Part shown: positions 43,362-52,487 of the stretch, piece after piece
Position numbering within the stretch: position 1 is the stretch's first letter
Layout: the number at the start of each line of letters is the position of its first letter
Origin: an uncultured Fibrobacteraceae bacterium
GTDB lineage: Bacteria > Krumholzibacteriota > Krumholzibacteriia > LZORAL124-64-63
Assembly (NCBI GenBank): GCA_964617805.1
Contig: CAZTWK010000001.1
Span: forward strand, 95,050-159,049
DNA length: 64,000 nucleotides
Direction: 5' to 3'
Made by a program: the position numbers and the translations under genes
Notes under the pieces: model-generated
Told to the model about the DNA's origin: nothing
What the model saw: only the letters and a program-made list of their open reading frames with translations
Database searches by the model: none

Positions 43362-43682
43362 CTACTTATCCTCGCCGACGAGCTGCTTCTGGCGTTCGGC
43401 CTTGCGGCGCTTCATCTCCTCCACGCGCGCGGCATCCTCGGTTTTCCGTTTTTCCAGCTCGGCGTCCGACACGGCCTGGTGCTTGGCCCAGTCCTCGCGG
43501 ATCCACTCGTCCTGGATGCCCGCCCGGAAGATCATCACCAGGATCGCGCCGAGGGCGTAGAAGGCGAAGTAGGCGATGGCCGCCCGCTTCAGCGTGGCCA
43601 GCACCCCGTAGTCGCGGATCAGCGCGAAGCAGACGGCGGCGAAGGCGGCGCTCAGGGCGGTGGTGTTGACGATCTTCTGCAT
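43362..43682 (-). CDS. hypothetical two-TM small membrane protein between flhF and fliA (position usually held by flhG)
   Basis: 106 aa; two hydrophobic helices, then a Lys/Glu/Arg-rich tail; ATG with GGAGG upstream; 4 nt... 20 nt after the flhF stop. Confidence 0.55.
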   Translation of the reverse strand: MQKIVNTTALSAAFAAVCFALIRDYGVLATLKRAAIAYFAFYALGAILVMIFRAGIQDEWIREDWAKHQAVSDAELEKRKTEDAARVEEMKRRKAERQKQLVGEDK

Positions 43683-43701
43683 TCCTCATGCCTCCAGGGC
43701 T

Positions 43702-44862
43702 TCAGTGTCCGCTCGCCGCGTCGGCGGCGGAGGTCGCGTCCGCGGGAATCTCCTCCAGGACCCGCGCCAGCAGGCCCGCGGGGGTGGCGATCTCGGCGCC
43801 CGGGCCCGGCCACGCGCCGCCGCCGACCAGCGACAGCGGGAAGGGCGAGGCGAGCAGGATGTCGATCAGCTTGCCCGCGCGCGCGGTCAGGTCGAGGCGC
43901 GTGAGCGCCAGCCAGTCGCAGTTCCAGGCGCGGGCCGCGGACCAGATGCGCTCCCGCTCGGCCAGGTCGGCGTCCGCCGGCAACAGCAGGTGGCGGTGCA
44001 CCTCGTCGTGGTCGGCGAGCAGGCGCCGGGTCCGCTCGTCCGAGAGGGCGGCGCTCTCCAGGGCGGGCGTGTCGATGAGCACCGCGTCGTACTGTTCGAA
44101 GTAGCCCAGGCCGCCGGCGAGCTGCGTGGCGTCGCGCAGGATGGCCGCGTCGTAACCCCGGGCCGCGGCCTCTTCCTGCAGGCGGCGGATCTCGCCGCCG
44201 TGGCGCGGCGCGAAGGACAGCAGCAGCACGCGCCGGCCGCTCTCCTTGAGGCGGGCGGCGGTCGAGAGCACGAGATCCGTCTTGCCGGAACCGGGGCCGC
44301 CCAGGAAGAGGTGGCAGCCGGTCAGGTCCTCCCAGCCGCCGCCGCTGGTGCGGATCAGGCCTTCCAGGTGGGACATGGCGGCCGCCGGGCTGCCCTCGCC
44401 CCCCGTCTCGGCGCGGTAGAGGCGCTGGATGTGGCGCACGGCGGGCACCGAGGCGCCCGCGGTGAGCAGGGGCTTGCCCAGCGGGTAGTCCGCCACGGCG
44501 GCCCGGTCGGCCTGGGGCCGCGGCTTGGGCGCGGCGCGCAGGGTCTCGACGAGGTCCTCGATGCGTTCCAGTTCGGCGGTGATGGCCCGCGCGTAGTCGT
44601 CACGCGCGCGGGGTCGCGGCGCGGCGGCCGCGACGGGGGCCGGTGCGACCCTGGCGGGCTCGGGTGCGGTGGCGGGTCGCGTCACCGTGACCTCGATGAG
44701 CTGGACGCGTCCGAGGCCGCTCTCGTCGCGGCGCGTCACGCTGCACGTGTCCACCACGCAGGCCTCCTCGCCGTACTCGAGGCGCACGTTCTCGAGGGCC
44801 TCACGCAGGGTGCGGCCGGTGACCTTGTGCTGGGCCGTCTCAGGCCGTCGCTTGCTGAGCAT
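43702..44862 (-). CDS. flhF: flagellar biosynthesis SRP-type GTPase FlhF
   Basis: N-terminal B-domain-like RTLREALENVRLEYGEEACVV (cf. FlhF MRQALRLVREELGPDAVIL), P-loop GGPGSGKT, DTPA (DTAGR-like) motif, position after flhA. Confidence 0.65.
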   Translation of the reverse strand: MLSKRRPETAQHKVTGRTLREALENVRLEYGEEACVVDTCSVTRRDESGLGRVQLIEVTVTRPATAPEPARVAPAPVAAAAPRPRARDDYARAITAELERIEDLVETLRAAPKPRPQADRAAVADYPLGKPLLTAGASVPAVRHIQRLYRAETGGEGSPAAAMSHLEGLIRTSGGGWEDLTGCHLFLGGPGSGKTDLVLSTAARLKESGRRVLLLSFAPRHGGEIRRLQEEAAARGYDAAILRDATQLAGGLGYFEQYDAVLIDTPALESAALSDERTRRLLADHDEVHRHLLLPADADLAERERIWSAARAWNCDWLALTRLDLTARAGKLIDILLASPFPLSLVGGGAWPGPGAEIATPAGLLARVLEEIPADATSAADAASGH

Positions 44863-46954
44863 CTTGCACTCCCTGGGTGGAAACCGTTCCCGCCGACTGG
44901 ACGCTGGTGTTGCCGGTCACTTCCGTGTAGCCCATGACGGGCAGGCTGGGGAACGTGGGTTCGATCAATCGCTTGACGAAGAGCCGCATGGGCGTCGGCA
45001 CCAGCAGCACCGGCGGCTTGCCGCGGCTGTAGACCTTCTGCAGGGTCCGCTCCAGGCGCTCCAGGAGCGTCTGGGCCAGCAGGGGGTCGAGCACCACGGC
45101 GCCGACCTTCTCCGATTCCTGGGCCGCCTGCCCGAGGTGGTACTCGGTTTCCGGATGCAGGGTGACCGCGTAGACGTTGCCGTCCGGCTCGACGTAGAGG
45201 CTGCTGATGGTCCGGCGCAGCGACTCGCGCGCCTTCTCCAGCAGCATGTCCGGGCTCGTGTTGGCGCCCACGTAGTTGGCGAGCGTCTCGAGGATGGTCA
45301 CGATGTCCTTGATGGGGATCCGCTCGTGCAGCAGGCCCCGCAGCACGTTGTGCAGGGTGTTGACCGGCACCTTGTCGGGGATCAGGTCCTCGACCAGCGC
45401 GGGCGCGAACTCGCGCACCGTCTCGCACATGTCCTTCACGTCCTGGCGCGAGAGCAGCTCGTCGGCGTGGTTGCGGACGGTCTCCGAGAGATGCGTCGCG
45501 AGCACCGCCGTCGGCTCGACGACCGTGTAGCCCTCCATCTCCGCGGCCGCCTTGCGGCCCGGGTCGATCCACAGGGCGGGCAGCCGGAAGGCCGGCTCCA
45601 CCGTCTCGATGCCGTCGAGCTTCTCGCCGGCCTCGCCGCCGGTGCTCATGGCCAGCAGCCGGTCGGGGCGCAGTTCGGCGCGGGAAATCTCCACGCCCTT
45701 GAGCTTGAGCACGTAGTCGTTGGCGCCGAGCTGGAGGTTGTCGCGCACGCGCACCGGCTGGATGACCATGCCCAGCTCGGCGCTGATCTGCTTGCGGATG
45801 TTGGTGATCCGCTGCAGCAGGTCTCCCCCGCGGGATTCGTCGACCAGGGGCAGCAGGCCGTAGCCGAGCTCGAGCTCCAGGGCGTCGGTGACGTAGAGTT
45901 CGCGGACGGTGCGGTTCTCCTGGTCCTCGGCCACCATCTCCGCCTCCTGGGCGGCGAGGGCCTCCACCTCCCGCTGCTCGACACCCTTCACGCGCGCCGA
46001 GACGACGCGCCCGGCGATGCCGAAGAGCGCGGCCAGGGACAGGAAGGGCACCGTCGGCAGTCCGGGGATCAGGCCGAAGACGGCCAGCGTGCCCGAGGCC
46101 AGGTAGACCGCCTTGGGCTGCTTGAAGATCTGCATGGTCAGGGCCTGGCCCAGGTTCAGCACGCCGCTGGAGCGCGTGACCACCATGCCGGCGGCGGTGG
46201 AGATGAGCAGGGCCGGGATCTGGGTGACGAGGCCGTCGCCGACGGTCAGCACCATGAACTGGCGCATGGACTCCCCCGCGCTCATGCCCATCTGGAGCAT
46301 GCCCACGACGAAGCCGCCGACGATGTTGATCAGGGTGATGATGATGCCCGCGATGGCGTCGCCGCGCACGAACTTGCTGGCGCCGTCCATGGCGCCGAAG
46401 AACTCGGCCTCCGAGGCCACCTTGGCGCGGCGCTCCCGAGCATCGGTCTCGTTGATCAGGCCGGCGTTGAGGTCGGCGTCGATGGCCATCTGCTTGCCGG
46501 GCATGGCGTCCAGCGTGAAGCGGGCGGCCACCTCGGCGATGCGGCCCGATCCCTTGGTGATCACCACGAACTGGACGATCACCAGGATGGCAAAGACTAT
46601 GACACCGATGACATAATTCCCGCCAATCACGAAATCCCCGAAGCTGTCGATGACCTTGCCGGCCGCCGCCTTGCTGAGGATCAACCGGGTCGACGCCACG
46701 TTCAGCGCCAGCCGGTAGAGGGTCACCATGAGCAGCAGGGAGGGGAAGCTGGAGAAGTGCAGTGGCTCCTTCAGGTAGAGGGCCACCAGCAGGATGACCA
46801 CCGCGCAGGCGATGTTGAAGGTGATCAAAAGGTCCAGGGCCAAGGGGTTTACGGGCATGATCATCAGTCCGATGATCGCCACGACGGCCAGGGCGCTCAG
46901 CACGTTGCTGTTCGCCAGGACCAGGTCCCTGTCGATGCCCTTGTCACCTTCCAA
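44840..46954 (-). CDS. flhA: flagellar type III export gate protein FlhA
   Basis: 704 aa; eight-TM N-domain and FHIPEP cytoplasmic domain (…YVTDALELELGYGLLPLVD…). Confidence 0.9.
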   Translation of the reverse strand: MEGDKGIDRDLVLANSNVLSALAVVAIIGLMIMPVNPLALDLLITFNIACAVVILLVALYLKEPLHFSSFPSLLLMVTLYRLALNVASTRLILSKAAAGKVIDSFGDFVIGGNYVIGVIVFAILVIVQFVVITKGSGRIAEVAARFTLDAMPGKQMAIDADLNAGLINETDARERRAKVASEAEFFGAMDGASKFVRGDAIAGIIITLINIVGGFVVGMLQMGMSAGESMRQFMVLTVGDGLVTQIPALLISTAAGMVVTRSSGVLNLGQALTMQIFKQPKAVYLASGTLAVFGLIPGLPTVPFLSLAALFGIAGRVVSARVKGVEQREVEALAAQEAEMVAEDQENRTVRELYVTDALELELGYGLLPLVDESRGGDLLQRITNIRKQISAELGMVIQPVRVRDNLQLGANDYVLKLKGVEISRAELRPDRLLAMSTGGEAGEKLDGIETVEPAFRLPALWIDPGRKAAAEMEGYTVVEPTAVLATHLSETVRNHADELLSRQDVKDMCETVREFAPALVEDLIPDKVPVNTLHNVLRGLLHERIPIKDIVTILETLANYVGANTSPDMLLEKARESLRRTISSLYVEPDGNVYAVTLHPETEYHLGQAAQESEKVGAVVLDPLLAQTLLERLERTLQKVYSRGKPPVLLVPTPMRLFVKRLIEPTFPSLPVMGYTEVTGNTSVQSAGTVSTQGVQDAQQATA

Positions 46955-46969
46955 GTTCTCAACCTCCTA

Positions 46970-48031
46970 TCATGACCGCTTCAGGCGGTAGACATAGGCC
47001 AGCACCTCGGCCACCGCCTGGTACAACTCGTCGGGTATGAAGGACCCCACTTCGACGACCTTATGCAGAGCCCGTGCCAGGGGCTTGTTCTCGAGCACGG
47101 GAACCCGGTTCTCGCGGGCGATGCGCTTGATGGTCTCGGCGAGGCTGTCCTGTCCCTTGGCCACCACCCGCGGCGCCGGATCGCCCGGCACGTAGCGCAG
47201 GGCCACCGCGAAGTGGGTCGGGTTGGTGACGACCACGTCCGCGGCGGGCACTTCGGCCAGCATCCGCTTGCGCATGGCCTCCAGCTGGATGGCGCGCATA
47301 CGGGCCTTGACCTGGGGATCGCCCTCGATGTCCTTCTGCTCCTCCTTGACCTCCTGCTTGGTCATCTTGATCTTCTGCTCGTGCTGGTACTTCTGGAAGA
47401 CCCAGTCGATGGCCGCCAGCACGGCCAGGAAGGCGATCAGCCGGTAGGCCAGCTTGGCCACGGTCTTGGTGCCCAGGGCCAGGATGCCGGGCAGGGGCAG
47501 CTCGGCGGTGCCCGGCATGTCCGCCCCCAGGGTGGACACCGAGTACCAGGCCAGCAGGCCGATGAGCCCGATCTTGATGACGTTCTTGACCAGGTCGAAG
47601 GCGGCGCGCTTGCTGAAGACGTTCTTGATGCCGTTGATGGGATTGATGTTGTCCCAGCGGAAGGCCATGGCGCTGACGTTGACCTTCCAGCCCACCTGGA
47701 GCACGTTGGCCAGGAACGCGACCACGATGATGCCGAGCATCAGCGGCGCGAGCGTCGCCACGATGACGCTCAGATTGGCCGTGGCCATCTCCACCAGGGC
47801 GAACGGATTCTCGAGCAGGAAGATGTGGGGCTGGCCGAAGAGGTAGCGGGCGTTCTCGCCGAGCACCTGCTGCATGTGGCGGCCGGCCACGAAGAGCAGC
47901 GAGAAACCGGCCAGCAGCACCAGCGCGCTGTTCACTTCCTGGCTGAGCGCGACCTGCCCCTTTTCCAGGGCCTTCTCGCGCCGTTTAGGTGTCGCGCGCT
48001 CTGACCGCTCTCCACCGGGAGCATCCGCCAT
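46970..48031 (-). CDS. flhB: flagellar export protein FlhB
   Basis: N-terminus GERSERATPKRREKALEKGQVALSQEVNSAL and NPTH autocleavage site (VVTNPTHFAVALRY). Confidence 0.9.
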   Translation of the reverse strand: MADAPGGERSERATPKRREKALEKGQVALSQEVNSALVLLAGFSLLFVAGRHMQQVLGENARYLFGQPHIFLLENPFALVEMATANLSVIVATLAPLMLGIIVVAFLANVLQVGWKVNVSAMAFRWDNINPINGIKNVFSKRAAFDLVKNVIKIGLIGLLAWYSVSTLGADMPGTAELPLPGILALGTKTVAKLAYRLIAFLAVLAAIDWVFQKYQHEQKIKMTKQEVKEEQKDIEGDPQVKARMRAIQLEAMRKRMLAEVPAADVVVTNPTHFAVALRYVPGDPAPRVVAKGQDSLAETIKRIARENRVPVLENKPLARALHKVVEVGSFIPDELYQAVAEVLAYVYRLKRS

Positions 48032-48109
48032 GGTTCCTCACCTCCCTTCCTGCGGCGCCGGCTCGGCCGGCGTTAGGCCCGGAACGTTCTTGTCCGGTCC
48101 TGGTTGTGG

Positions 48110-48895
48110 TCAGCCCTGCAACGCACCCAGCAGGGACACGAGCTCCTGCTCCATGCCGCCTATCAACGTCTGGAACACCTGGTTGAAGAAGGTCAGCGAG
48201 ACGCCGAGGGCTGCCAGGCCCACGGCGATCTTGATCGGAAATCCGACCACCAGGATGTTGAACTGGGGCACCGTCTTGACGATGAAGCCCATGGCCACGC
48301 TCACCAGCAGCAGCACCAGGATGACCGGCGCCGCCACCCGCAGACCGATGGCGAAGAAGGCGGCGAAATTCTCCATGGTGAGCCAAGCTCCCGCCCCCAC
48401 CGACAACGGCGAAAAGGGCGGCACGAGTCGGCAGGAGTGAACCATGGCGCCGATCAGGGTGTGGTGACCGTCCAGGGCGAAGAACAGCAGCACGGCCAGC
48501 AGGTAGTAGAGGTTTGCCAGCACCGAGAGCTGCCCGCCGCTCTGGGGGTCCAGGGTGTTGACCATGCCGAAGCCGATCTGCACGCCGATCATGGTGCCCG
48601 CGAAACGCACGGCCGCGAAGGGTATGCCGACCACGAAGGTCAGCAGCGCCCCCACGACGAGGGAGCGCAGACCCTCGGCCACGAGTCCGTGCCAGGTGAG
48701 GTCGAAGGCTTCGGGCGGCAGCTCGGAAGCCACCGCCGGCGCGGTGGTGGCGGCCAGACAGGCCGCAAGCGCCAGGCGCCAGACCGGCGGCACCGACATG
48801 CCAGAGAGCAGAGGCAGCAACGCGGCCAGGACGGAGAGACGCAGGGTCAGGATCAATCCCACGATCAGCCAGGTCAGATCCAGTTCTACCTGCAC
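48110..48895 (-). CDS. fliR: flagellar export apparatus protein FliR
   Basis: 261-aa polytopic protein with FliR family pattern, between fliQ and flhB. Confidence 0.8.
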   Translation of the reverse strand: MQVELDLTWLIVGLILTLRLSVLAALLPLLSGMSVPPVWRLALAACLAATTAPAVASELPPEAFDLTWHGLVAEGLRSLVVGALLTFVVGIPFAAVRFAGTMIGVQIGFGMVNTLDPQSGGQLSVLANLYYLLAVLLFFALDGHHTLIGAMVHSCRLVPPFSPLSVGAGAWLTMENFAAFFAIGLRVAAPVILVLLLVSVAMGFIVKTVPQFNILVVGFPIKIAVGLAALGVSLTFFNQVFQTLIGGMEQELVSLLGALQG

Positions 48896-48904
48896 GTGCT
48901 GCTC

Positions 48905-49168
48905 CTACATGGCGCCGATGCGCTCGAAGATACCCAGGGTGAACGTGGTGAGTTGGTGGATGATCCAGGGCAAGGCGAGGATCAGCACCACGAAGACGGC
49001 GATGATCTTGGGCACGAAGGTCATGGTCATCTCGTTGATGTGCGTCGCCGCCTGGAAGATGCTGATCGTCAGTCCGACCAGCATGCCGGCCGCCAGCATG
49101 GGGCCGGCCACCAGGAGCGTCGTGCGCAGGGCCAGCTGGCCCAGTTCGACCACGGTTTCGGGATTCAT
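48905..49168 (-). CDS. fliQ: flagellar export apparatus protein FliQ
   Basis: 87-aa two-TM protein typical of FliQ/SctS. Confidence 0.85.
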   Translation of the reverse strand: MNPETVVELGQLALRTTLLVAGPMLAAGMLVGLTISIFQAATHINEMTMTFVPKIIAVFVVLILALPWIIHQLTTFTLGIFERIGAM

Positions 49169-49184
49169 GTCGTCCTTTCGCTCA

Positions 49185-49955
49185 TCAGCTCTGGAAGGCC
49201 ATCACCAGCGACCGCACGATCAGGTACCACCCGTCCACGAGCACGAACAGCAGCACCTTGAAGGGCAGGCTGATCAGCACCGGGGGCAGCATCATCATGC
49301 CCATGGACATCAGGACCGAGGCGACCACCATGTCGATGATCAGGAAGGGCAGAAACAGCACGAAGCCGATCTGGAAGGCCATCTTCAGCTCGCCCAGCAC
49401 GAAGCTCGGCACCACGATCAGCAGGGGCAGGTCATCGGGCTCCTCGGGAGCCTCCTGGTTCGTGAGCTCCAGGAAGAGGGCCACGTCCTTCTCGCGCACC
49501 TGCTCGAGCATGAAGGACTTCAGGGGGGCCTTGGCCGTGTCCAGGGCTTCCTGCTGGGTCAGCTCCTCGGCCAGGTAGGGCTGGAGGGCCTCGGTGTTGA
49601 TCCGCGAGAAGACCGGCCCCATGATCACGAAGGTCAGGAACAGGGCCAGGCCGATCAGGATCTGGTTCGAGGGCATCTGGTGCGTGCCCATGGCCTGGCG
49701 CAGGAACCCCAGCACGATCACGATGCGCGTGAAGCTGGTCAGCAGGATCAGCAGGGCGGGCGCCAGCGAGAGCAGCGTCATCAGCAGGACGATCTCGACC
49801 GCCACGTCGAGACGCGCGCCGCCGTCCATGTCGCCCAGGGCCAGGTTGATGCTGCCGGCCGGGGTGGCGGCCGGATCCTGGGCGCAGGCAGGCGCCGCCA
49901 GCAGCGTCGCCGCCAGCAGCGTTCCCCACACGATGTTCAGCAGACGACGATCCAA
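49185..49955 (-). CDS. fliP: flagellar export apparatus protein FliP
   Basis: FliP/SctR core (…IVLGFLRQAMGTHQMPSNQILIGLALFLTFVIMGPVF…). Start re-called to TTG 49955 giving signal peptide MDRRLLNIVWGTLLAATLLAAPACA, with GGGGAGG 7 nt upstream. Track ORF start 50054 would run through a sigma-54 promoter. Confidence 0.85.
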   Translation of the reverse strand: MDRRLLNIVWGTLLAATLLAAPACAQDPAATPAGSINLALGDMDGGARLDVAVEIVLLMTLLSLAPALLILLTSFTRIVIVLGFLRQAMGTHQMPSNQILIGLALFLTFVIMGPVFSRINTEALQPYLAEELTQQEALDTAKAPLKSFMLEQVREKDVALFLELTNQEAPEEPDDLPLLIVVPSFVLGELKMAFQIGFVLFLPFLIIDMVVASVLMSMGMMMLPPVLISLPFKVLLFVLVDGWYLIVRSLVMAFQS

Positions 49956-49990
49956 GGCACAGCCTCCCCACGGGTAATCGCTTCCGATAC

Positions 49991-50005
49991 GCAATGGCCG
50001 TGCCA
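49991..50005 (-). promoter_or_regulatory. near-consensus sigma-54 (-24/-12) promoter upstream of fliP
   Basis: Minus-strand CCGTGGCACGGCCATTGCGTA = TGGCACG-N4-TTGC, ~35 nt upstream of the fliP SD/TTG start, in the 159-nt fliO-fliP gap. Confidence 0.6.
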
Positions 50006-50057
50006 CGGCAGCCGGCCGTAGAACCCGTTCCGGCAGCGATTTAGGGGGACGCAAGAC

Positions 50058-50079
50058 GGCCGCGACGCGGGTCGCGGCC
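50058..50079 (-). promoter_or_regulatory. GC-rich perfect hairpin (GGCCGCGAC-gcgg-GTCGCGGCC) downstream of fliO, upstream of the sigma-54 promoter
   Basis: 9-bp perfect inverted repeat 35 nt after the fliO stop; no U-tract; possible attenuator / RNA-processing or stability element. Confidence 0.4.
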
Positions 50080-50114
50080 GAATAGCGGCCAAGGCTGATC
50101 AGGATCGAGACAGC

Positions 50115-50486
50115 TCAGCTCCGCGGGGCCTCGTCCCGGCCGCCGCGCAGGCGGCCGAGCCAGCCGGCCAGGGCCGGCGCCGGTGTCTGGACCTCGTGGC
50201 GCGCGGGATCGAAGGGTTCTTCCGAGAGCAGCACCATGGACTGGTCGTTCCGGTAGAGGGTGTAGACCGTCCCGCCGCAGCGCAGCACCTCGACGCCGCG
50301 GCGCGGTCCCAGGGAGTGCACCTTCAGCAGGGAGGCCTCGTCCCCGCCCGCGCCCCGCTGGAGCCGCCCCAGCAGCTTCAGGAAGCCGATGAGCAGGGCG
50401 AAGACCAGCAGGAAGGCCCCCGCCAGCTTCCACCAGGAGGGATCCGCGGGCGCGGAGGCCGCGGCCAGGAAGAGCGGCGCCGTCAT
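50115..50486 (-). CDS. fliO: flagellar biosynthesis protein FliO
   Basis: 123 aa, single TM helix (WWKLAGAFLLVFALLIGFLKLL), position between fliN and fliP. Confidence 0.75.
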   Translation of the reverse strand: MTAPLFLAAASAPADPSWWKLAGAFLLVFALLIGFLKLLGRLQRGAGGDEASLLKVHSLGPRRGVEVLRCGGTVYTLYRNDQSMVLLSEEPFDPARHEVQTPAPALAGWLGRLRGGRDEAPRS

Positions 50487-50487
50487 C

Positions 50488-50913
50488 TCAGATGAGCTTC
50501 CGGATGCGCTCGTTGCGGCTCAGCAGCTTGGTGATGCGCACCGCGAACTGCTCGTCCACGACCACCACCTCGCCCCGGGCCAGCAGCACGCCGTTGACCA
50601 GGATGTCGACGGGCTCCGCCGGCGACTTGCCCAGTTCCACGACCGCGCCCGGGCTGAGATTCATGATCTCGCGGATCTTCATGTTGGCGCGGCCCAGTTC
50701 GACCGTGACGCGCATGTCGATGTCGAGCAGCACGCCGATGTTCTGCACGTCGGGTGCGGCGGCGGCGAGATCGTCCTCCAGGGAGTTGGCCCCGGACAGT
50801 TCGCTCTCCTCGTCCACGGGCGGCGGGGTCTCCGCCGCGGGCGGCGTCTCCACGGCGACGGCGGACTCGTCGGTGGGGGTCTCGGTCACGGTATCGGCAA
50901 CGTCAGGGGACAT
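50488..50913 (-). CDS. fliN: flagellar motor switch protein FliN
   Basis: C-terminal SpoA domain (IGVLLDIDMRVTVELGRANMKIREIMNLSPGAVVELGKSPAEPVDILVNGVLLARGEVVVVDEQFAVRI). Confidence 0.9.
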   Translation of the reverse strand: MSPDVADTVTETPTDESAVAVETPPAAETPPPVDEESELSGANSLEDDLAAAAPDVQNIGVLLDIDMRVTVELGRANMKIREIMNLSPGAVVELGKSPAEPVDILVNGVLLARGEVVVVDEQFAVRITKLLSRNERIRKLI

Positions 50914-50914
50914 G

Positions 50915-51940
50915 CTAGGCCTCCTCGGCGAGTCTTTCGGTGAGCTTGAGGGCTCGGTTCTGGTTCAGTTTCCCCGGCAGACCGATGAACATCGGCTTGC
51001 CCTGGACTTCCAGCTGCAGCGGCGATTGCAGCGACTTGTAGAGGTTCAGCGTCTGCCCCTCCTGGAGTTCCAGGATCTGCTGGAAGGTCATGTCGATGTC
51101 GGCGAGCTTGACGACCACGTTCGCCGAGGTGCCCTTGATGGCCTCGAAGAGGCGTAGCCGGTCCCGCTTGACCTCTTCGGGCGTGCGGTACTCGGAGATC
51201 TCCTCGGGATCGAACTTGTCCCAGACCGGTTCGAAGGCGGTCATGGGAATGCAGATCCGCAGCGGCCCCTGCAGGTCGTCGATGCAGATATCGAAGTGCA
51301 GGACGACGACCGGCTCGTTGGTGGCGATGATCCCCAGGTAGTTGGGGTTGTTCTCCAGGTGCACGAACTCGGGCACCAGGTCGACCAGCTTGGTCGTGGC
51401 CTGCTTCAGCTCCACCAGGATGCGCTCGGTGATCATGCGGCCGATGCCCAGCTCGATGTCCGTGAACTTGCGCTCGAGGGGCGTCTTCTCGATGGGTCCG
51501 CCCAGCAGGCGCATGATCATCACGTAGACCATGTCCAGGTCGAAGTGCACCAGCGAGAAACCGCCCAGCGGCGGCATGGAGACGACGCTGGCGGCCGTCA
51601 GCTTGGGCAGCTCCGCGCCGAACTCGCCGAAGGACGACAGGGAGAGCTTCGAGAAACGGATCGCCGTGTTCGCCCGCAGCTGGCTGGTGAAGGACAGCGA
51701 CACGGACTTGGCGAAGCTCTCGCAGAGCGTCAGCAGGTTCTTCTCGAACTGCCGCGATATGTTCTGCGGCATGCTGAAGTCGAACGAGTCGCTGCCGTAG
51801 AAGCCCTTGCCCGTGTCGACCTTCTCGGTCTCCTCGGTGGGGAACGCCGAGCGCGCCTCCCCCTCCTCGGCTCCGGGCTCTTCGGTCTCGAGCAGCTCGT
51901 CGATGTCCTCGGCCGTCGTGTTGTTGGTCTCGTCGCTCAT
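50915..51940 (-). CDS. fliM: flagellar motor switch protein FliM
   Basis: 341 aa, FliM middle (CheC-like) domain and C-terminal SpoA-like segment; operon position. Confidence 0.85.
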   Translation of the reverse strand: MSDETNNTTAEDIDELLETEEPGAEEGEARSAFPTEETEKVDTGKGFYGSDSFDFSMPQNISRQFEKNLLTLCESFAKSVSLSFTSQLRANTAIRFSKLSLSSFGEFGAELPKLTAASVVSMPPLGGFSLVHFDLDMVYVMIMRLLGGPIEKTPLERKFTDIELGIGRMITERILVELKQATTKLVDLVPEFVHLENNPNYLGIIATNEPVVVLHFDICIDDLQGPLRICIPMTAFEPVWDKFDPEEISEYRTPEEVKRDRLRLFEAIKGTSANVVVKLADIDMTFQQILELQEGQTLNLYKSLQSPLQLEVQGKPMFIGLPGKLNQNRALKLTERLAEEA

Positions 51941-51965
51941 CTCGCTCCGTTGCGGTCTGCGGCGG

Positions 51966-52487
51966 TCACTGGACCACCATGTCGGAGAAGTAGACGTTCA
52001 TGAGGCTGCCCTCGGGCAGCGTCTCGGCGATCTTGCGGTAGAGCTCGGCCTTCAGGGCCGCCTTGCCGTCCATGGACTTGAGGTCCGCGGAGAACTTGTT
52101 GGACAGCGAGAGGATCACGATGTCGCGCAGGTGCGGCAGCCGCTGCTCCACCATCGTCGCCACCTTGCCGTCGACGACCTCCAGGTCGATGTCGATGCGC
52201 AGGTAGCTGGTCGTGGGACCCGAGTCGCGCAGCGTGACGACGACCTCGTTCAGGCCGACCAGGACGCCCTGCTCGGGCTGGGTCACCTCGGCCTGCGCCT
52301 GGGGTCCGTCCGCCGCGCCCGTGAGGCTCTTCAGCTTGGGCGCGATCACGAACTGGGTCAGCGCGATGGCCATCACGGCCTGCGTCACGATGATGGCGAC
52401 CAGCAGGACGATCTTGTTGTCCAGGGGGCCGCCCCCGGACTTCGTGGTTTCGACCTTCTCCTCTTCAGCCATTGTCAGCACCTGCAC
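51966..52487 (-). CDS. fliL: flagellar basal-body-associated protein FliL
   Basis: 173 aa, N-terminal TM (IVLLVAIIVTQAVMAIALTQFVIA), FliL periplasmic domain; between motB and fliM. Confidence 0.8.
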   Translation of the reverse strand: MQVLTMAEEEKVETTKSGGGPLDNKIVLLVAIIVTQAVMAIALTQFVIAPKLKSLTGAADGPQAQAEVTQPEQGVLVGLNEVVVTLRDSGPTTSYLRIDIDLEVVDGKVATMVEQRLPHLRDIVILSLSNKFSADLKSMDGKAALKAELYRKIAETLPEGSLMNVYFSDMVVQ

